Shown: positions 1-11,490 of the stretch, piece by piece | Layout of the letters: each line of letters opens with the position of its first letter | Numbering within the stretch: position 1 is the stretch's first letter | NCBI GenBank assembly: GCA_965223335.1 | Contig: OZ244991.1 | Coordinates: 160,001-224,000 of the forward strand | Source: Thermodesulfobacteriota bacterium | GTDB lineage: Bacteria; Desulfobacterota_D; UBA1144; Nemesobacterales; UBA2774 | Direction of reading: 5' to 3' | Length of the DNA: 64,000 bases | Position numbers and translations under genes: made by a program | The notes under the pieces: model-generated | Told to the model about the DNA's origin: nothing | Seen by the model: only the letters and a program-made list of their open reading frames with translations | The model's database searches: none

Positions 1-475
1 CTCTCTCTTCCTCTAAAGGTTTCGTCTCGGCTCTATGCTGTCTTAAGTGTTCAAGGGCTTTGTCTACATCCTCGTCCTTTACCTCGTATTTTTCCTTCTC
101 GAGCTCAAGCCCCTTGTAGTCCTCGAGCTCAAACTCGGGTATTACCTCAAACACAGCACTGTATTCAAACTCTTTTTCAGGATCGATCGCTTGTGGTGTG
201 ATTTGCGGCCTGTTAATAGGCGAGACCGACGCCTCTTTGAGCGCGTCTTCAAACGACCCGCTAACTAGTCTAGAGGTGAGCTCCTCAATAATATGATCCT
301 TATACATTGCCTCTACAACGTTTTTAGGAGCTTTGCCGGGCCGAAAACCCTTGATCTTAGCGTTCTTGCTAACCTCATCAAACACCTCGTCCCTCTGGCT
401 CTTTACCTCTTCTGCAGGTATGGCTACCTGGATCTTCCTCTCAGTACTGCTTAGGTTCTCAACGTTTACCTTCAT
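1..475 (-). CDS. tig: Trigger factor, N-terminal part (runs off the window start)
   Basis: Not in the ORF track because it is truncated. Manual translation from ATG 475 gives MKVNVENLSSTERKIQVAIPAEEV...KIKGFRPGKAPK, with the GFRxGKxP ribosome-binding signature. Lies directly downstream of tRNA-Leu. Confidence 0.95.
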   Translation of the reverse strand, partial: MKVNVENLSSTERKIQVAIPAEEVKSQRDEVFDEVSKNAKIKGFRPGKAPKNVVEAMYKDHIIEELTSRLVSGSFEDALKEASVSPINRPQITPQAIDPEKEFEYSAVFEVIPEFELEDYKGLELEKEKYEVKDEDVDKALEHLRQHRAETKPLEEER

Positions 476-518
476 GACACAAAACCCCTTCAAATGTATT
501 AGTCTGCGGGCAACCAAA

Positions 519-600
519 TGCGAGAGGGGGGAGTCGAACCCCCACACCCGAAGGTACAGGATCCTAAGTCCTGCGCGTCTGCCAGTTCCGCCACTCTCGC
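519..600 (-). tRNA. tRNA-Leu (anticodon TAG)
   Basis: Reverse complement GCGAGAGTGGCGGAACTGGCAGACGCG-CAGGA-CTTAGGA-TCCTG..GGTTCGACTCC..CTCTCGCA. Long variable arm, TTCGA loop; CCA not encoded. Confidence 0.95.
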
Positions 601-608
601 AGGTTCTG

Positions 609-682
609 TGGGCTGTGAGGGAATCGAACCCCCGACCCGATGATTAAGAGTCACCTGCTCTACCTAGCTGAGCTAACAGCCC
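609..682 (-). tRNA. tRNA-Lys (anticodon CTT)
   Basis: Reverse complement GGGCTGTTAGCTCAGCTAGGTAGAGCA-GGTGA-CTCTTAA-TCATC..GGTTCGATTCC..CAGCCCA. Cloverleaf; CCA not encoded. Confidence 0.95.
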
Positions 683-709
683 TTAAAAAATTCAATGATT
701 AGAGCGATT

Positions 710-737
710 ATTATAATTATCCTGCTATCAAAATCAA
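710..737 (-). promoter_or_regulatory. Candidate sigma70 promoter for tRNA-Lys/tRNA-Leu/tig
   Basis: TTGATT-N16-TATAAT on the minus strand, about 28 nt upstream of tRNA-Lys. Confidence 0.45.
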
Positions 738-753
738 CCTTAGGACATTTTGT

Positions 754-3453
754 CTAGGCAGGGTCTTCGGGTTTAACCACCACAAGTGTGTATTTATCGA
801 GATCAATGTACTTCTTGGCAGCATTTAAAACATCCTCTGCATTGACGCTGTTTATCCTCTCGGGGTATCTATGGTATTCCTCCCACCCGATCTCATAAAG
901 CTCGTCAAACGCTATCTTTGCCGCTTGTGAGGAGTTTTGCTGAAGCCCAATCTCAAAATTGCCCACTAAATAGTTCTTAGCCCTATCGATCTCCTGCTCT
1001 GTAACCCCGTCACTCAAAAGCAGCTCGAGCTGTTCTTTTATGCCCCCTACGGCCTCGGTCTCTTTTTGCGGAGCCGTACCTATGTATACGCCGAAAAACC
1101 CCGGTTCCAGTCCCGGTGTATAAAACGAGGTCACAGTGTATGCAAGGCTCTTTTTATCCCTAAGCTCAAGAAATAACCTCCCGCCCTGTCCCGAAAGTAT
1201 AGTATTTAGGACCTCAAACGAGTAGTGATCCGGGTCCTTTATCCCTGGGCCCTGAAAACCCATGATTATATGTGTCTGTGACTTCTCCGCTTTATGTTCG
1301 GTCTTCTCACGCACCTCTGCCACAGGTGGTTCGGGCTTAATCTCCGGCACCACTGAACTGCCTTTAGTCATACTGCCAAATTTTTCTTTGACATCTAACA
1401 AGACTTGATCGGTGTCCACATCCCCTACCACAGTGATCACCATGTTCTCTGGGCGTGCATAGTTTTGGTAAAACTCCACTAGATCACCCTGCTTGATCCC
1501 GTCTACGGTTTCTTTAGTTCCCAGAACAGGGAACTTGTATGGGTGTTCTGAGTATAGAGTGCTTAAAAACAGGTTCACTGCAGTCTTAAGAAGGTTGTCG
1601 CCCTGACGGTTAATCTCGGCCAGTATCTCTCTGCGTGCCCGCTCAATCTCTTGGTCATTAAACGAGGGGTGGAGCAATACATCGGCAAAGAGCTCCATGG
1701 CGTTATCAAAATTGCGACTTAGGGCTTCTACAGTGACCCCAAAGCTGTTTCGCCCCGAAAACCCGTTTATACTCCCAGCCAGTGACTCTATCTCTTTGGC
1801 AATCTCCTCAGTGCTCCTGCTCTTTGTCCCTCGCGTCAACATCCTAGACACATAGTTGGACACTCCATTATTCTTTTCCTGCTCGAACCTGATCCCACCC
1901 AAAAACGCCGCCCTGGCTGCAAAGAGAGGCACAGAATGGTTCTCTTTAACCAAGAGCGTGATCCCGTTATCCAAAACAAACTTGCTGACCTCTTCTTTTT
2001 GATCATCGGATTTCACTTTGGCCTTAGCAGTACTTCCTTCATTCGACGATGCCTTAGCAATATCGAGTATTTCAGTCTCACTTATCGAAACGCTTTCGCT
2101 CGGGTGTAAGAATCCCGTACTCATGTTGGGTGTATTAAAATACTTATTGGCCACCCTCTGTATATCCTCTGTTGTTACGTCCGAGATAGCACGCAAGTAA
2201 TCTTCCTCGTAACGATAGTCATCGGCCTCAACCTCATAGAAACCGAGTTTCTGAGCCTGCCCCTGCATGGTTTCTTTGGTGTATACAGCGTCACTCTCAA
2301 TATTTATCTTGGCGCGCCGAAGTTCCTCTCGGCTGACCGGCTCGTTTTTCAAACGGTTTATTTCGGCAAGTATCTCTTTTAACGCCTCGGTTGATTTATC
2401 AGGTGCTATACTCCCGCCCACAGCAAACACACCCTCGTGCTTAGGCGTAAAGGAATAAGCATAAATATTATTTACCAGTGCTTTGTCTTCTTTGATCGAC
2501 CTGTATAGCCTCGAGCTCTCGCCACCGCCCAGAATGCCAGAGATTATATCAAGCGTCGGTGTATCTTCGTGTTTAGCATTAGGTGTGTGGAATGCTACGC
2601 TAAAGTAGCCCTCCTGCAGACTCTTATCTATCACAAACGGCCTTGTCTCTGTTTGCGGAGGTTCGGCCTTTATATCGCAAGCGGGAAGCTCGCCCTCCTT
2701 CAAAGCCCCGAAGGCCTCATTAATTTTGGGTTTTACCTCTTGGGTATTGAAATCACCCACCAGTACCAGCACCATATTGTTCGGTTTGTACCACTTGTTA
2801 TAGAAATTGAGAATCTTCTCACGTGTAAAACTCTTTACACTCTCTGTGCTACCGATCACGGGGCGTCCATATGGGTGTTCCGTGAACAAGGTGGAAAACA
2901 TCTTTTCGCTTATGTTCCTGGACGGCGAGTCCTGTCCCCTTCTAATCTCCTCTAGCACAACCTCAAGCTCCTTTTCCAGCTCCTCCGGGTCAAATGCAGA
3001 GTTCTGCATCGCATCCGCCAGCACATCAAGGGCAGTGTCCAGGTATCTGCTTGCAATAACTACATAATAAACTGTTTCATCAAACGATGTGAACGCATTT
3101 ATATCGCCCCCGCTACTCTCTATTACCCTTGCAATCTCGCCCACGCTTCGTTTTTCTGTACCTTTAAAAAGCATGTGTTCATGCACATGGGCAAGACCAT
3201 ACTCGCCCTCCTCTTCACACGCACTGCCTACCTTTACCCACACGTTCACTGCCACGACGGGCGAGGAGTGGTTTTCCTGAAGTATCACGGTTAGTCCGTT
3301 ATCAAGACTGTATTTTGTAACTCCGCTTTTATCGTGCATCACATTATTACTCTCCTTTGGGGTACTGCTCGTTTTGCTTTCAGACATGGTAGGTGCTCCG
3401 GACAATAAGATTACAATTGTACATACGACAAACAAACATAATTGTCTCATCAA
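754..3453 (-). CDS. M16 family zinc protease (pitrilysin/PqqL-like, two-half single chain), probably exported
   Basis: Inverted zincin motif HVHEH (HxxEH) followed by INAFTSFDETVY. Second homologous half (LDNGITLLV..., SRMLTRGT) lacks the metal ligands. Hydrophobic N-terminal signal-like segment. Confidence 0.9.
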   Translation of the reverse strand: MMRQLCLFVVCTIVILLSGAPTMSESKTSSTPKESNNVMHDKSGVTKYSLDNGLTVILQENHSSPVVAVNVWVKVGSACEEEGEYGLAHVHEHMLFKGTEKRSVGEIARVIESSGGDINAFTSFDETVYYVVIASRYLDTALDVLADAMQNSAFDPEELEKELEVVLEEIRRGQDSPSRNISEKMFSTLFTEHPYGRPVIGSTESVKSFTREKILNFYNKWYKPNNMVLVLVGDFNTQEVKPKINEAFGALKEGELPACDIKAEPPQTETRPFVIDKSLQEGYFSVAFHTPNAKHEDTPTLDIISGILGGGESSRLYRSIKEDKALVNNIYAYSFTPKHEGVFAVGGSIAPDKSTEALKEILAEINRLKNEPVSREELRRAKINIESDAVYTKETMQGQAQKLGFYEVEADDYRYEEDYLRAISDVTTEDIQRVANKYFNTPNMSTGFLHPSESVSISETEILDIAKASSNEGSTAKAKVKSDDQKEEVSKFVLDNGITLLVKENHSVPLFAARAAFLGGIRFEQEKNNGVSNYVSRMLTRGTKSRSTEEIAKEIESLAGSINGFSGRNSFGVTVEALSRNFDNAMELFADVLLHPSFNDQEIERARREILAEINRQGDNLLKTAVNLFLSTLYSEHPYKFPVLGTKETVDGIKQGDLVEFYQNYARPENMVITVVGDVDTDQVLLDVKEKFGSMTKGSSVVPEIKPEPPVAEVREKTEHKAEKSQTHIIMGFQGPGIKDPDHYSFEVLNTILSGQGGRLFLELRDKKSLAYTVTSFYTPGLEPGFFGVYIGTAPQKETEAVGGIKEQLELLLSDGVTEQEIDRAKNYLVGNFEIGLQQNSSQAAKIAFDELYEIGWEEYHRYPERINSVNAEDVLNAAKKYIDLDKYTLVVVKPEDPA

Positions 3454-3473
3454 ATACTCCTTATTTGCGAGAA

Positions 3474-4283
3474 CTAACGTGTGTCTTTCGACTCTATCTC
3501 TTTGGATAGCCCCCGAGGCTTAGCCCTAAGTTGGTTTACTATATAAATCAAAAGGCCGGCGATAGTGTATAAGTATACTAAAGAAATGAACATTATCTCG
3601 GGGTTTGTAATAACTGCAGCAATCACAATGGCTGCAATCACCAATACATTAAACGGCGCAGCGAGCTTTAATCTCCCACGCTTCCAGTACCTGACGTTGC
3701 TCACCATAAGCAGCCCTATAAAAGGTGCCGCAGCCAAATAGTAGGTCATAACACCATGGTCGGGCTCAATCCTAAAAGCACTCAAGAGCATTATGGGCGA
3801 GATCATCAAACCCGCAGCCACTGGGCTTGGCAGCCCCGTAAAACTATAGCGCTCTTCATTGCCCGACTGCACATTAAACCGCGCAAGCCTAAGCGCTGTA
3901 CACACAATGTAAAAAAGCACAGCCATGAGCCCAAGCTTATTGAAATCCATCAACGTCCATACGTAGACCAACACCCCCGGTGCCACACCAAACGATACAA
4001 GGTCAGAGAGCGAATCATACGATAGGCCGAACTTAGATTCGTGGTTTATAAACCGTGCCAGCACACCGTCAAGCATATCGAAAAATGCTGCTATAACTAT
4101 AAATCCCGAAGCCCACCAGAACCTAGTGGTTACCCACTGCTCACTAACATCCCCACCTGGACTCTGCACAATAATCTGAATTGTGGTCATTATGGATAAC
4201 ACTCCAAAACTCAGGTTCCCCGTAGTAAACAGGTTGGGTATTATCGGTATGACTCTCTCTTTTTTCGATCTACGCTTTTTCAT
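3474..4283 (-). CDS. pssA: CDP-diacylglycerol--serine O-phosphatidyltransferase
   Basis: IPNLFT, CDP-alcohol phosphotransferase motif DMLDGVLAR...G...DSLSDLVSFGVAP, RLARFN; next to psd. Confidence 0.93.
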   Translation of the reverse strand: MKKRRSKKERVIPIIPNLFTTGNLSFGVLSIMTTIQIIVQSPGGDVSEQWVTTRFWWASGFIVIAAFFDMLDGVLARFINHESKFGLSYDSLSDLVSFGVAPGVLVYVWTLMDFNKLGLMAVLFYIVCTALRLARFNVQSGNEERYSFTGLPSPVAAGLMISPIMLLSAFRIEPDHGVMTYYLAAAPFIGLLMVSNVRYWKRGRLKLAAPFNVLVIAAIVIAAVITNPEIMFISLVYLYTIAGLLIYIVNQLRAKPRGLSKEIESKDTR

Positions 4284-4299
4284 GCTTGATAGATTTATA

Positions 4300-4970
4300 T
4301 CAGTTCATATGAGCTATGACGGATTCCCCGCCACGAACCCTCTCGCCCACCCTACACATGATATCACAACTGGCCGGCATATAAACATCTACCCTGGACC
4401 CGAACCGGATCATGCCGAACCTCTGCCCCTTTTGGACCTGGTCCCCAATCTCTGCATAACACACTATACGACGCGCCAGGAAACCCACGATCTGCACCAC
4501 GACAAAGCTCTCATCGGACTCGGTCCTGATTTGAGTAGCCAGCCTTTGGTTTTGATCGGAAGCCCTTTTCATATCTTTGCTATAGAGCCCAGGGGGCATA
4601 TGAGCAATCTGAAACTTACCGGGTATAAACTTTTTCCCCGCCACCTCGCCCTCGACAGGGTATCTGTTGATATGACAGTCGGTAAGAGCAAGTGAAATAC
4701 TTACCCTCTGCATCTCGGTATTTAAGAAATCATCCTCCATTGCCTGCTCGATCATAATCACTCTGCCGTCGGCAGGCGACACCACGGCATTTTCATCTGT
4801 TGGAATATCCCTCTTGGGATCGCGAAAGAAATAGATTACAAATACGGTAAGCCCCAAAAACAGCACCGATAGCAGACTATAGCCGAGTAAGGCAAGGGCC
4901 CATGTCAAAAGCCCAAGCCCGGCTATAATCTTTAGTCCTTCAGAAGCTATGAGAGCTTCTCTACCATTCA

Positions 4971-4971
<1 letters not shown>
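4300..4971 (-). CDS. psd: Phosphatidylserine decarboxylase proenzyme
   Basis: FFRDP, SPADG and the RFGSRVD autocleavage motif. Confidence 0.93.
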
Positions 4972-6487
<1,516 letters not shown>

Positions 6488-6605
6488 TTGATAAACTCCT
6501 CCAAACCTATAATATTGATGAGATTACACTAGGGGCGAAGCAAGTCTATGCACCCGCAATCCCGGTCTCTATTATCACTACACGGCGCTAATATATCAAG
6601 AGTGT

Positions 6606-8309
6606 CTATGCCATATCCACAGGCTCTAAAATCATATCGTTCATAGCACCGCCGGGTGCAATCATCGGATACACCATCTCCTCGCAGTCCACCATTATCT
6701 CCATTAACACAACGCCTTCCATGGAGAGCCCTTCTTTCAAGCTGGACTCAAGGTTCTCCGGTCTCTCAATCCTAAGCCCTCTTGCACCGAATGACTCAGC
6801 AAGTTTAACAAAGTCTGGAAGTACCTCGAAATAAGATGCAGAGTAGTTGCCTTCGTAAAACATCGTCTGCCACTGACGCACCATCCCGTGGTGACGGTTG
6901 TTAAGAACTATGATTTTCAGGTCCATATCGTTCTCAACAGCAGTAGCAAGCTCCTGGAAATTCATCTGGAAACTGCCGTCCCCGCACACGCTTATAACGG
7001 TTTCGTTGGGACGGGCAAACTTTGCCCCCATAGCAGCCGGGAACCCAAAACCCATAGTTCCAAGCCCACCTGAAGTTATGTGGGTTCTCGGGCGTTTGAA
7101 CTTATAGAACTGCGCCACCCACATCTGGTGCTGCCCCACATCGGATACGATGATGGCCTCACCGTTTGTGATCTTGCTTAGGGTGTCTATTACATATGTA
7201 GTAAGGATCTTATCGCCGTTTTGGTTATAGGTCATGGGATGCTTTTTATCCCAGTCCTTTATCTGGCTTAGCCATTTTTTCCTGTTTAATTTAATCTCGC
7301 TCGGCAGCAGCTCTAGGATCTGGATCAGCACCTCTTTGGCGTCACCCACAATCGGGCAATCAACATTAATGTTTTTGTCAATTGTCGCAGGGTCTATGTC
7401 TATGTGGATTATCTTTGCATTGGGTGCAAACTTCTCGAAGTTCCCGCCTGTGGCCCTATCGTCAAACCTGGCCCCGATCGAGATAACCAAGTCACTCTCA
7501 TGCACAGCCATATTCGCCGCATAAGAGCCGTGCATACCAAGCATGCTAATATAAAGTGGGTCATCCGAGGGATAGGCCCCTAATCCCATCAGCGTCGAGG
7601 TTACAGGTATTTGCAGACGGTGTGCAAACTCAATTAGTTCAGCACTGGCATCAGACCAGATCAATCCTCCCCCGCCGAATATAAGCGGTTTTTTTGCTGC
7701 GAGCATTAGCTCAACTGCCTTTTTGATCTGACCCGGATGCCCCTTGGTGACGGGTTTGTAGCCTCTGATATTAATATCCTCGGGAATTATGAATTCGTCC
7801 TCTCCTATGAGCACGTCCTTGGGCATGTCTACAAGCACAGGGCTCGGCCGTCCGGACCCAGCGATATGAAACGCCTCTAACATAGCTTTTGGAAGCTCAC
7901 GTGTCTCTCTTACGAGATAGTTATGCTTTGTACAAGGCCTAGTGATACCAATGTGGTCAGCCTCTTGGAACGCATCGCTTCCAAGGTACGGAAGGGGGAC
8001 CTGTCCGGTAAAAACAACTATGGGCGAGGAGTCCATCTGTGCCGTAGCAATGCCGGTTACGGTATTAGTAGCTGCGGGCCCCGATGTACAGAGCACAACG
8101 CCCGGGCGCCCAGACGCTCTGGCATAGCCGTCCGCCATGTGTGTAGCACCCTGCTCATGGCGAGCAAGTACATGCTTCATTCTGTCCAGGTATTTAGGCA
8201 TTACATCATACACTTTAAGCACATACCCTCCGGGTAGGCCAAACACCACGTCTATGCCCTGGTGTAACAAGGTTTCAAAAAACATCTCAGCGCCTATCAT
8301 TCTCGCCAT
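6606..8309 (-). CDS. ilvB: Acetolactate synthase large subunit
   Basis: RHEQGATHMADGYARASG, DVGQHQMW, ThDP motif GDGSFQM...NN. Confidence 0.97.
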   Translation of the reverse strand: MARMIGAEMFFETLLHQGIDVVFGLPGGYVLKVYDVMPKYLDRMKHVLARHEQGATHMADGYARASGRPGVVLCTSGPAATNTVTGIATAQMDSSPIVVFTGQVPLPYLGSDAFQEADHIGITRPCTKHNYLVRETRELPKAMLEAFHIAGSGRPSPVLVDMPKDVLIGEDEFIIPEDINIRGYKPVTKGHPGQIKKAVELMLAAKKPLIFGGGGLIWSDASAELIEFAHRLQIPVTSTLMGLGAYPSDDPLYISMLGMHGSYAANMAVHESDLVISIGARFDDRATGGNFEKFAPNAKIIHIDIDPATIDKNINVDCPIVGDAKEVLIQILELLPSEIKLNRKKWLSQIKDWDKKHPMTYNQNGDKILTTYVIDTLSKITNGEAIIVSDVGQHQMWVAQFYKFKRPRTHITSGGLGTMGFGFPAAMGAKFARPNETVISVCGDGSFQMNFQELATAVENDMDLKIIVLNNRHHGMVRQWQTMFYEGNYSASYFEVLPDFVKLAESFGARGLRIERPENLESSLKEGLSMEGVVLMEIMVDCEEMVYPMIAPGGAMNDMILEPVDMA

Positions 8310-8336
8310 CGCAATTTACCCCCGGTCGGTATGTAG

Positions 8337-8549
8337 TTATCTCAAACTTCTGATCTTAGCTTCCATCTGGTCTTTTAGAGAAAGTTTAATTTTTTTTAAT
8401 CTCTTTACCTCAATCTCATCCTCATCTGGATCCGTGCCCTGGTTTTCCAACTGCTTAATCTTTTCGTCCAGTTCTCTGTGTTCGGTATAGATCTTTTTAA
8501 ATTCTTCATCTCCCTCTAATAATTTCTCTATAATTGCTTCTTCACTCAT
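8337..8549 (-). CDS. DUF465/YdcH-family small coiled-coil protein
   Basis: Likely start ATG 8549 (MSEEAIIEKL); pattern EHRELDEKI...LKKIKLSLKDQM; overlaps the tsaB stop. Confidence 0.8.
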   Translation of the reverse strand: MSEEAIIEKLLEGDEEFKKIYTEHRELDEKIKQLENQGTDPDEDEIEVKRLKKIKLSLKDQMEAKIRSLR

Positions 8550-9237
8550 GGTGTCTCTCCTCGTGATATATTTCTGCGTCTGATTTGCGCAAATATAAAG
8601 GGGTGAGCTCCAAGGTATTATCCGAACCATAACACCTTAGCTTGCGAGCACCTAAAAGAGCACAGTTCGATGCTCTGGGTAAACCAAGTTCGTTAGAACT
8701 AAATATAGCTATATCCCCTAGATTATCTTCCAGAAAATCACGATAAAGTAAAGCACCACTGCCTGTAAACAACGTTTTTTCTTTAATTTCCCCCACTAAT
8801 TCCCCAGGTGTCATTGTTGTATCCTCTCTAAGCCTGCAGACTTCATTTCTGGACTGATCAAAAAACGCCGTGTAAATCTCGTTCTTTTTAGCATCTACAA
8901 CCGTACATATAGGATAGCTAACATTTGAGAAATTCGAAGCAATGATCTCTAGCGTAGACACCCCCGCAACAGGAATGGATAAACTATAGGCAAGTCCTTT
9001 CACGGCAGAGATACCGATGCGAAGCGCCGTAAAGGAGCCCGGGCCCACTGACACAGCCAACGCATTGAGCTCTGTTTTATCTATGCCGGTTTCGTTTAGG
9101 ATCCAATCAATGGTGGGCAGTAATTTTTCAGAATGCGAGGGCCCTTTATCCAGGTAACTCTCCCCAACCACTCGATCTCCCTCAACAACTGCAATCCCCG
9201 TCGCAAATGTCGAGGTCTCTACACCCAATATAACCAT
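8542..9237 (-). CDS. tsaB: tRNA threonylcarbamoyladenosine biosynthesis protein TsaB
   Basis: ILGVETST, HSEKLLP, GPGSFTALRIG, C-terminal PLYLRKSDAE. Confidence 0.95.
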   Translation of the reverse strand: MVILGVETSTFATGIAVVEGDRVVGESYLDKGPSHSEKLLPTIDWILNETGIDKTELNALAVSVGPGSFTALRIGISAVKGLAYSLSIPVAGVSTLEIIASNFSNVSYPICTVVDAKKNEIYTAFFDQSRNEVCRLREDTTMTPGELVGEIKEKTLFTGSGALLYRDFLEDNLGDIAIFSSNELGLPRASNCALLGARKLRCYGSDNTLELTPLYLRKSDAEIYHEERHHE

Positions 9238-9280
9238 AAATATCTATATTCCCGTAACAACTTGGATGGGCATCCTCAAA

Positions 9281-10408
9281 CTACGCGTTCTGTTGATAAT
9301 TCTCTTCTCTTGTAAGCGATGACGACCCAGATGTAACACCCTGAATCCTCAGGTCCAAATCGTCCTTGTTAGTCGCCTGACGCATAGTCTCTTCATATGT
9401 GATAATGCCTGCTTTGAAATGGTTGAACAGGCACTGGTCAAATGTTTGCATGCCATAATGCATGTGCCCCTCTTCGATGGCCTTACGTATTTCCTTGGTC
9501 CTCTCGGGCTCAGAGATCAGGTCGCAAATCCTTGCCGTAGCAATCAAAATCTCTGCCGCCGGTACCCTTCCTATACCGTCAGCCTTTGGTACAAGTCTCT
9601 GTGAGATAATTGCCTTTAGCACCTGAGCGAGCTGGTAGCGGACCTGGTTGTGCTGGTGGGGCGGGAATATCGTAAGCATCCTGTTAATGGTCTCCATTGC
9701 GTCCAGAGTGTGGAGGGTTGAGAGCACCAAGTGCCCTGTTTCTGCAGCCGAGAGGCATATCTCCATGGTCTCAAGGTCACGCAACTCACCCACCAGTATT
9801 ACATCGGGGTCTTCTCTAAGCGCTGCGCGCATGGCATTTGCAAACGACTCTGTATCAATACCCACTTCACGCTGGTTAATAAAGCTGGTTTTATCTTTAT
9901 GCGTATACTCAAGCGGGTCTTCAACCGTGATTATGTGGCGTGCTTTTTTAGTGTTTATGTAATCTACAATTGCAGCAAGTGTGGTGGATTTACCGCTTCC
10001 GGTAGTACCCGTGACAATAACGAGCCCTCTCTCTTCCTCTGCAATCTTCTCTAGCACAGGAGGAAGGTTAAGGTCACTGAATGATAAAATATCGTAGGGT
10101 ATGGCCCTTATAGCAATTGAGGTTGTACCCCTTTGTTGAAATACGTTTACCCTAAACCGTGACAAACCCGATATGCTGTGTGCAAGGTCCATCTCGAATG
10201 AATTCTCGTATTTTTGTATCTGCTTTTTATTCATCATCGAGTAAGCCATGGCCTGTACGTCTTCCTGCGAAAGCTTTGGAGCCTCTTTAACAGCCAACAA
10301 CTTACCGTTTTTCCGAAACATAGGGTGGCTGCCGACTTTAAGGTGTATGTCGGACGCACCCACTTTTATCGCAGCCCTAAGTATATTGTCGACATTTATA
10401 GTTCCCAT
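9281..10408 (-). CDS. pilT: Type IV pilus retraction ATPase, PilT/PilU family
   Basis: ASDIHL, Walker A GTTGSGKST, TVEDPLE, REDPDVILVGELRD, His box STLHT, GMQTFDQ. The AIRNLIRE motif is variant (ARICDLISE) and the C-terminus is PilU-like. Confidence 0.88.
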   Translation of the reverse strand: MGTINVDNILRAAIKVGASDIHLKVGSHPMFRKNGKLLAVKEAPKLSQEDVQAMAYSMMNKKQIQKYENSFEMDLAHSISGLSRFRVNVFQQRGTTSIAIRAIPYDILSFSDLNLPPVLEKIAEEERGLVIVTGTTGSGKSTTLAAIVDYINTKKARHIITVEDPLEYTHKDKTSFINQREVGIDTESFANAMRAALREDPDVILVGELRDLETMEICLSAAETGHLVLSTLHTLDAMETINRMLTIFPPHQHNQVRYQLAQVLKAIISQRLVPKADGIGRVPAAEILIATARICDLISEPERTKEIRKAIEEGHMHYGMQTFDQCLFNHFKAGIITYEETMRQATNKDDLDLRIQGVTSGSSSLTREENYQQNA

Positions 10409-11458
10409 CTACTTCTCCTCTTCCCCTTGATTTTGTTTCCCGGGATTTTGTTTCCCGACCATACCGCTTTTCTCATATATCTCGTTTTTTATTTTTTCCA
10501 GGATCTCCGGGTTTTCACTTAGGAAATTCCTAGAGTTTTCTTTTCCCTGTCCGAGCCTCTCGCCGTCGTACGAATACCATGTACCGCTCTTCTCAACCAC
10601 TTTATACTTTGTACCTAGATCAATTAGCTCTCCTGTTAATGATACACCCGTTCCGAACAAAATATCGAATTCGGCATCCCTAAACGGGGGTGCGACCTTA
10701 TTTTTCACTACTTTTGCCCTAACCCTATTACCCTTTACCTCGTCGCCGTCTTTTATGGACCCTATCCTGCGTACATCTATTCTCACCGAGGAATAAAACC
10801 TAAGTGCTGTGCCACCGCTTGTGGTCTCGGGGTTCATATAGGGCAGAGTACCGATCTTCATACGCGTTTGATTGACAAAGATTACAAGGGTTTGGGATTT
10901 CCCTACAGTCGCGGTTATTTTGCGAAGCGCTTGTGACATGAGACGAGCCTGGAGCCCCACATGGGCGTCGCCCATCTCACCCTCGATCTCAGCCCGGGGT
11001 GTTAGTGCTGCTACCGAGTCAAGCACGATTACATCAACCGCCCCACTTCTAACAAGTGTGTCTATAATCTCAAGGGCCTGCTCCCCAAAATCGGGTTGCG
11101 AGATTAATAAGTCGTCAATCTTAACACCTAAATTCCTTGCGTAATTGGGGTCAAGTGCATGCTCCGCATCTACAAACGCAGCTATGCCGCCAAGTTTGTG
11201 ACATTGTGCTATTACCTGGAGTGCTAAAGTGGTTTTTCCCGAGGCTTCGGGGCCATAAATCTCAACAACTCTCCCTTTTGGGAATCCACCTAGGCCAAGC
11301 GCTATATCGAGCCCGATTGAACCCGAAGGAATCACAGATAACTCCGGTACGGGAGCATCGGCTCCAAGACGCATTATAGAACCCTTTCCAAACTGCCTTT
11401 CAATCGACGCTATAGCATTATCTATAGTTTTTTCTTTATCCGTTTGATCTGTTGACAT
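10409..11458 (-). CDS. recA: Recombinase RecA
   Basis: [50 protein letters not shown]. Confidence 0.99.
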   Translation of the reverse strand: MSTDQTDKEKTIDNAIASIERQFGKGSIMRLGADAPVPELSVIPSGSIGLDIALGLGGFPKGRVVEIYGPEASGKTTLALQVIAQCHKLGGIAAFVDAEHALDPNYARNLGVKIDDLLISQPDFGEQALEIIDTLVRSGAVDVIVLDSVAALTPRAEIEGEMGDAHVGLQARLMSQALRKITATVGKSQTLVIFVNQTRMKIGTLPYMNPETTSGGTALRFYSSVRIDVRRIGSIKDGDEVKGNRVRAKVVKNKVAPPFRDAEFDILFGTGVSLTGELIDLGTKYKVVEKSGTWYSYDGERLGQGKENSRNFLSENPEILEKIKNEIYEKSGMVGKQNPGKQNQGEEEK

Positions 11459-11490
11459 AGACCTCTCTCATATAATTTTATCTTTGTGAA

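Noticed and set aside
47..647. Plus-strand ORFs 47-268 and 333-647
   Set aside because: They are antisense to tig and the tRNAs, so shadow ORFs
519..760. tRNA genes as an integration site for an island
   Set aside because: No integrase and no duplicated tRNA 3' end found; flanks are housekeeping genes
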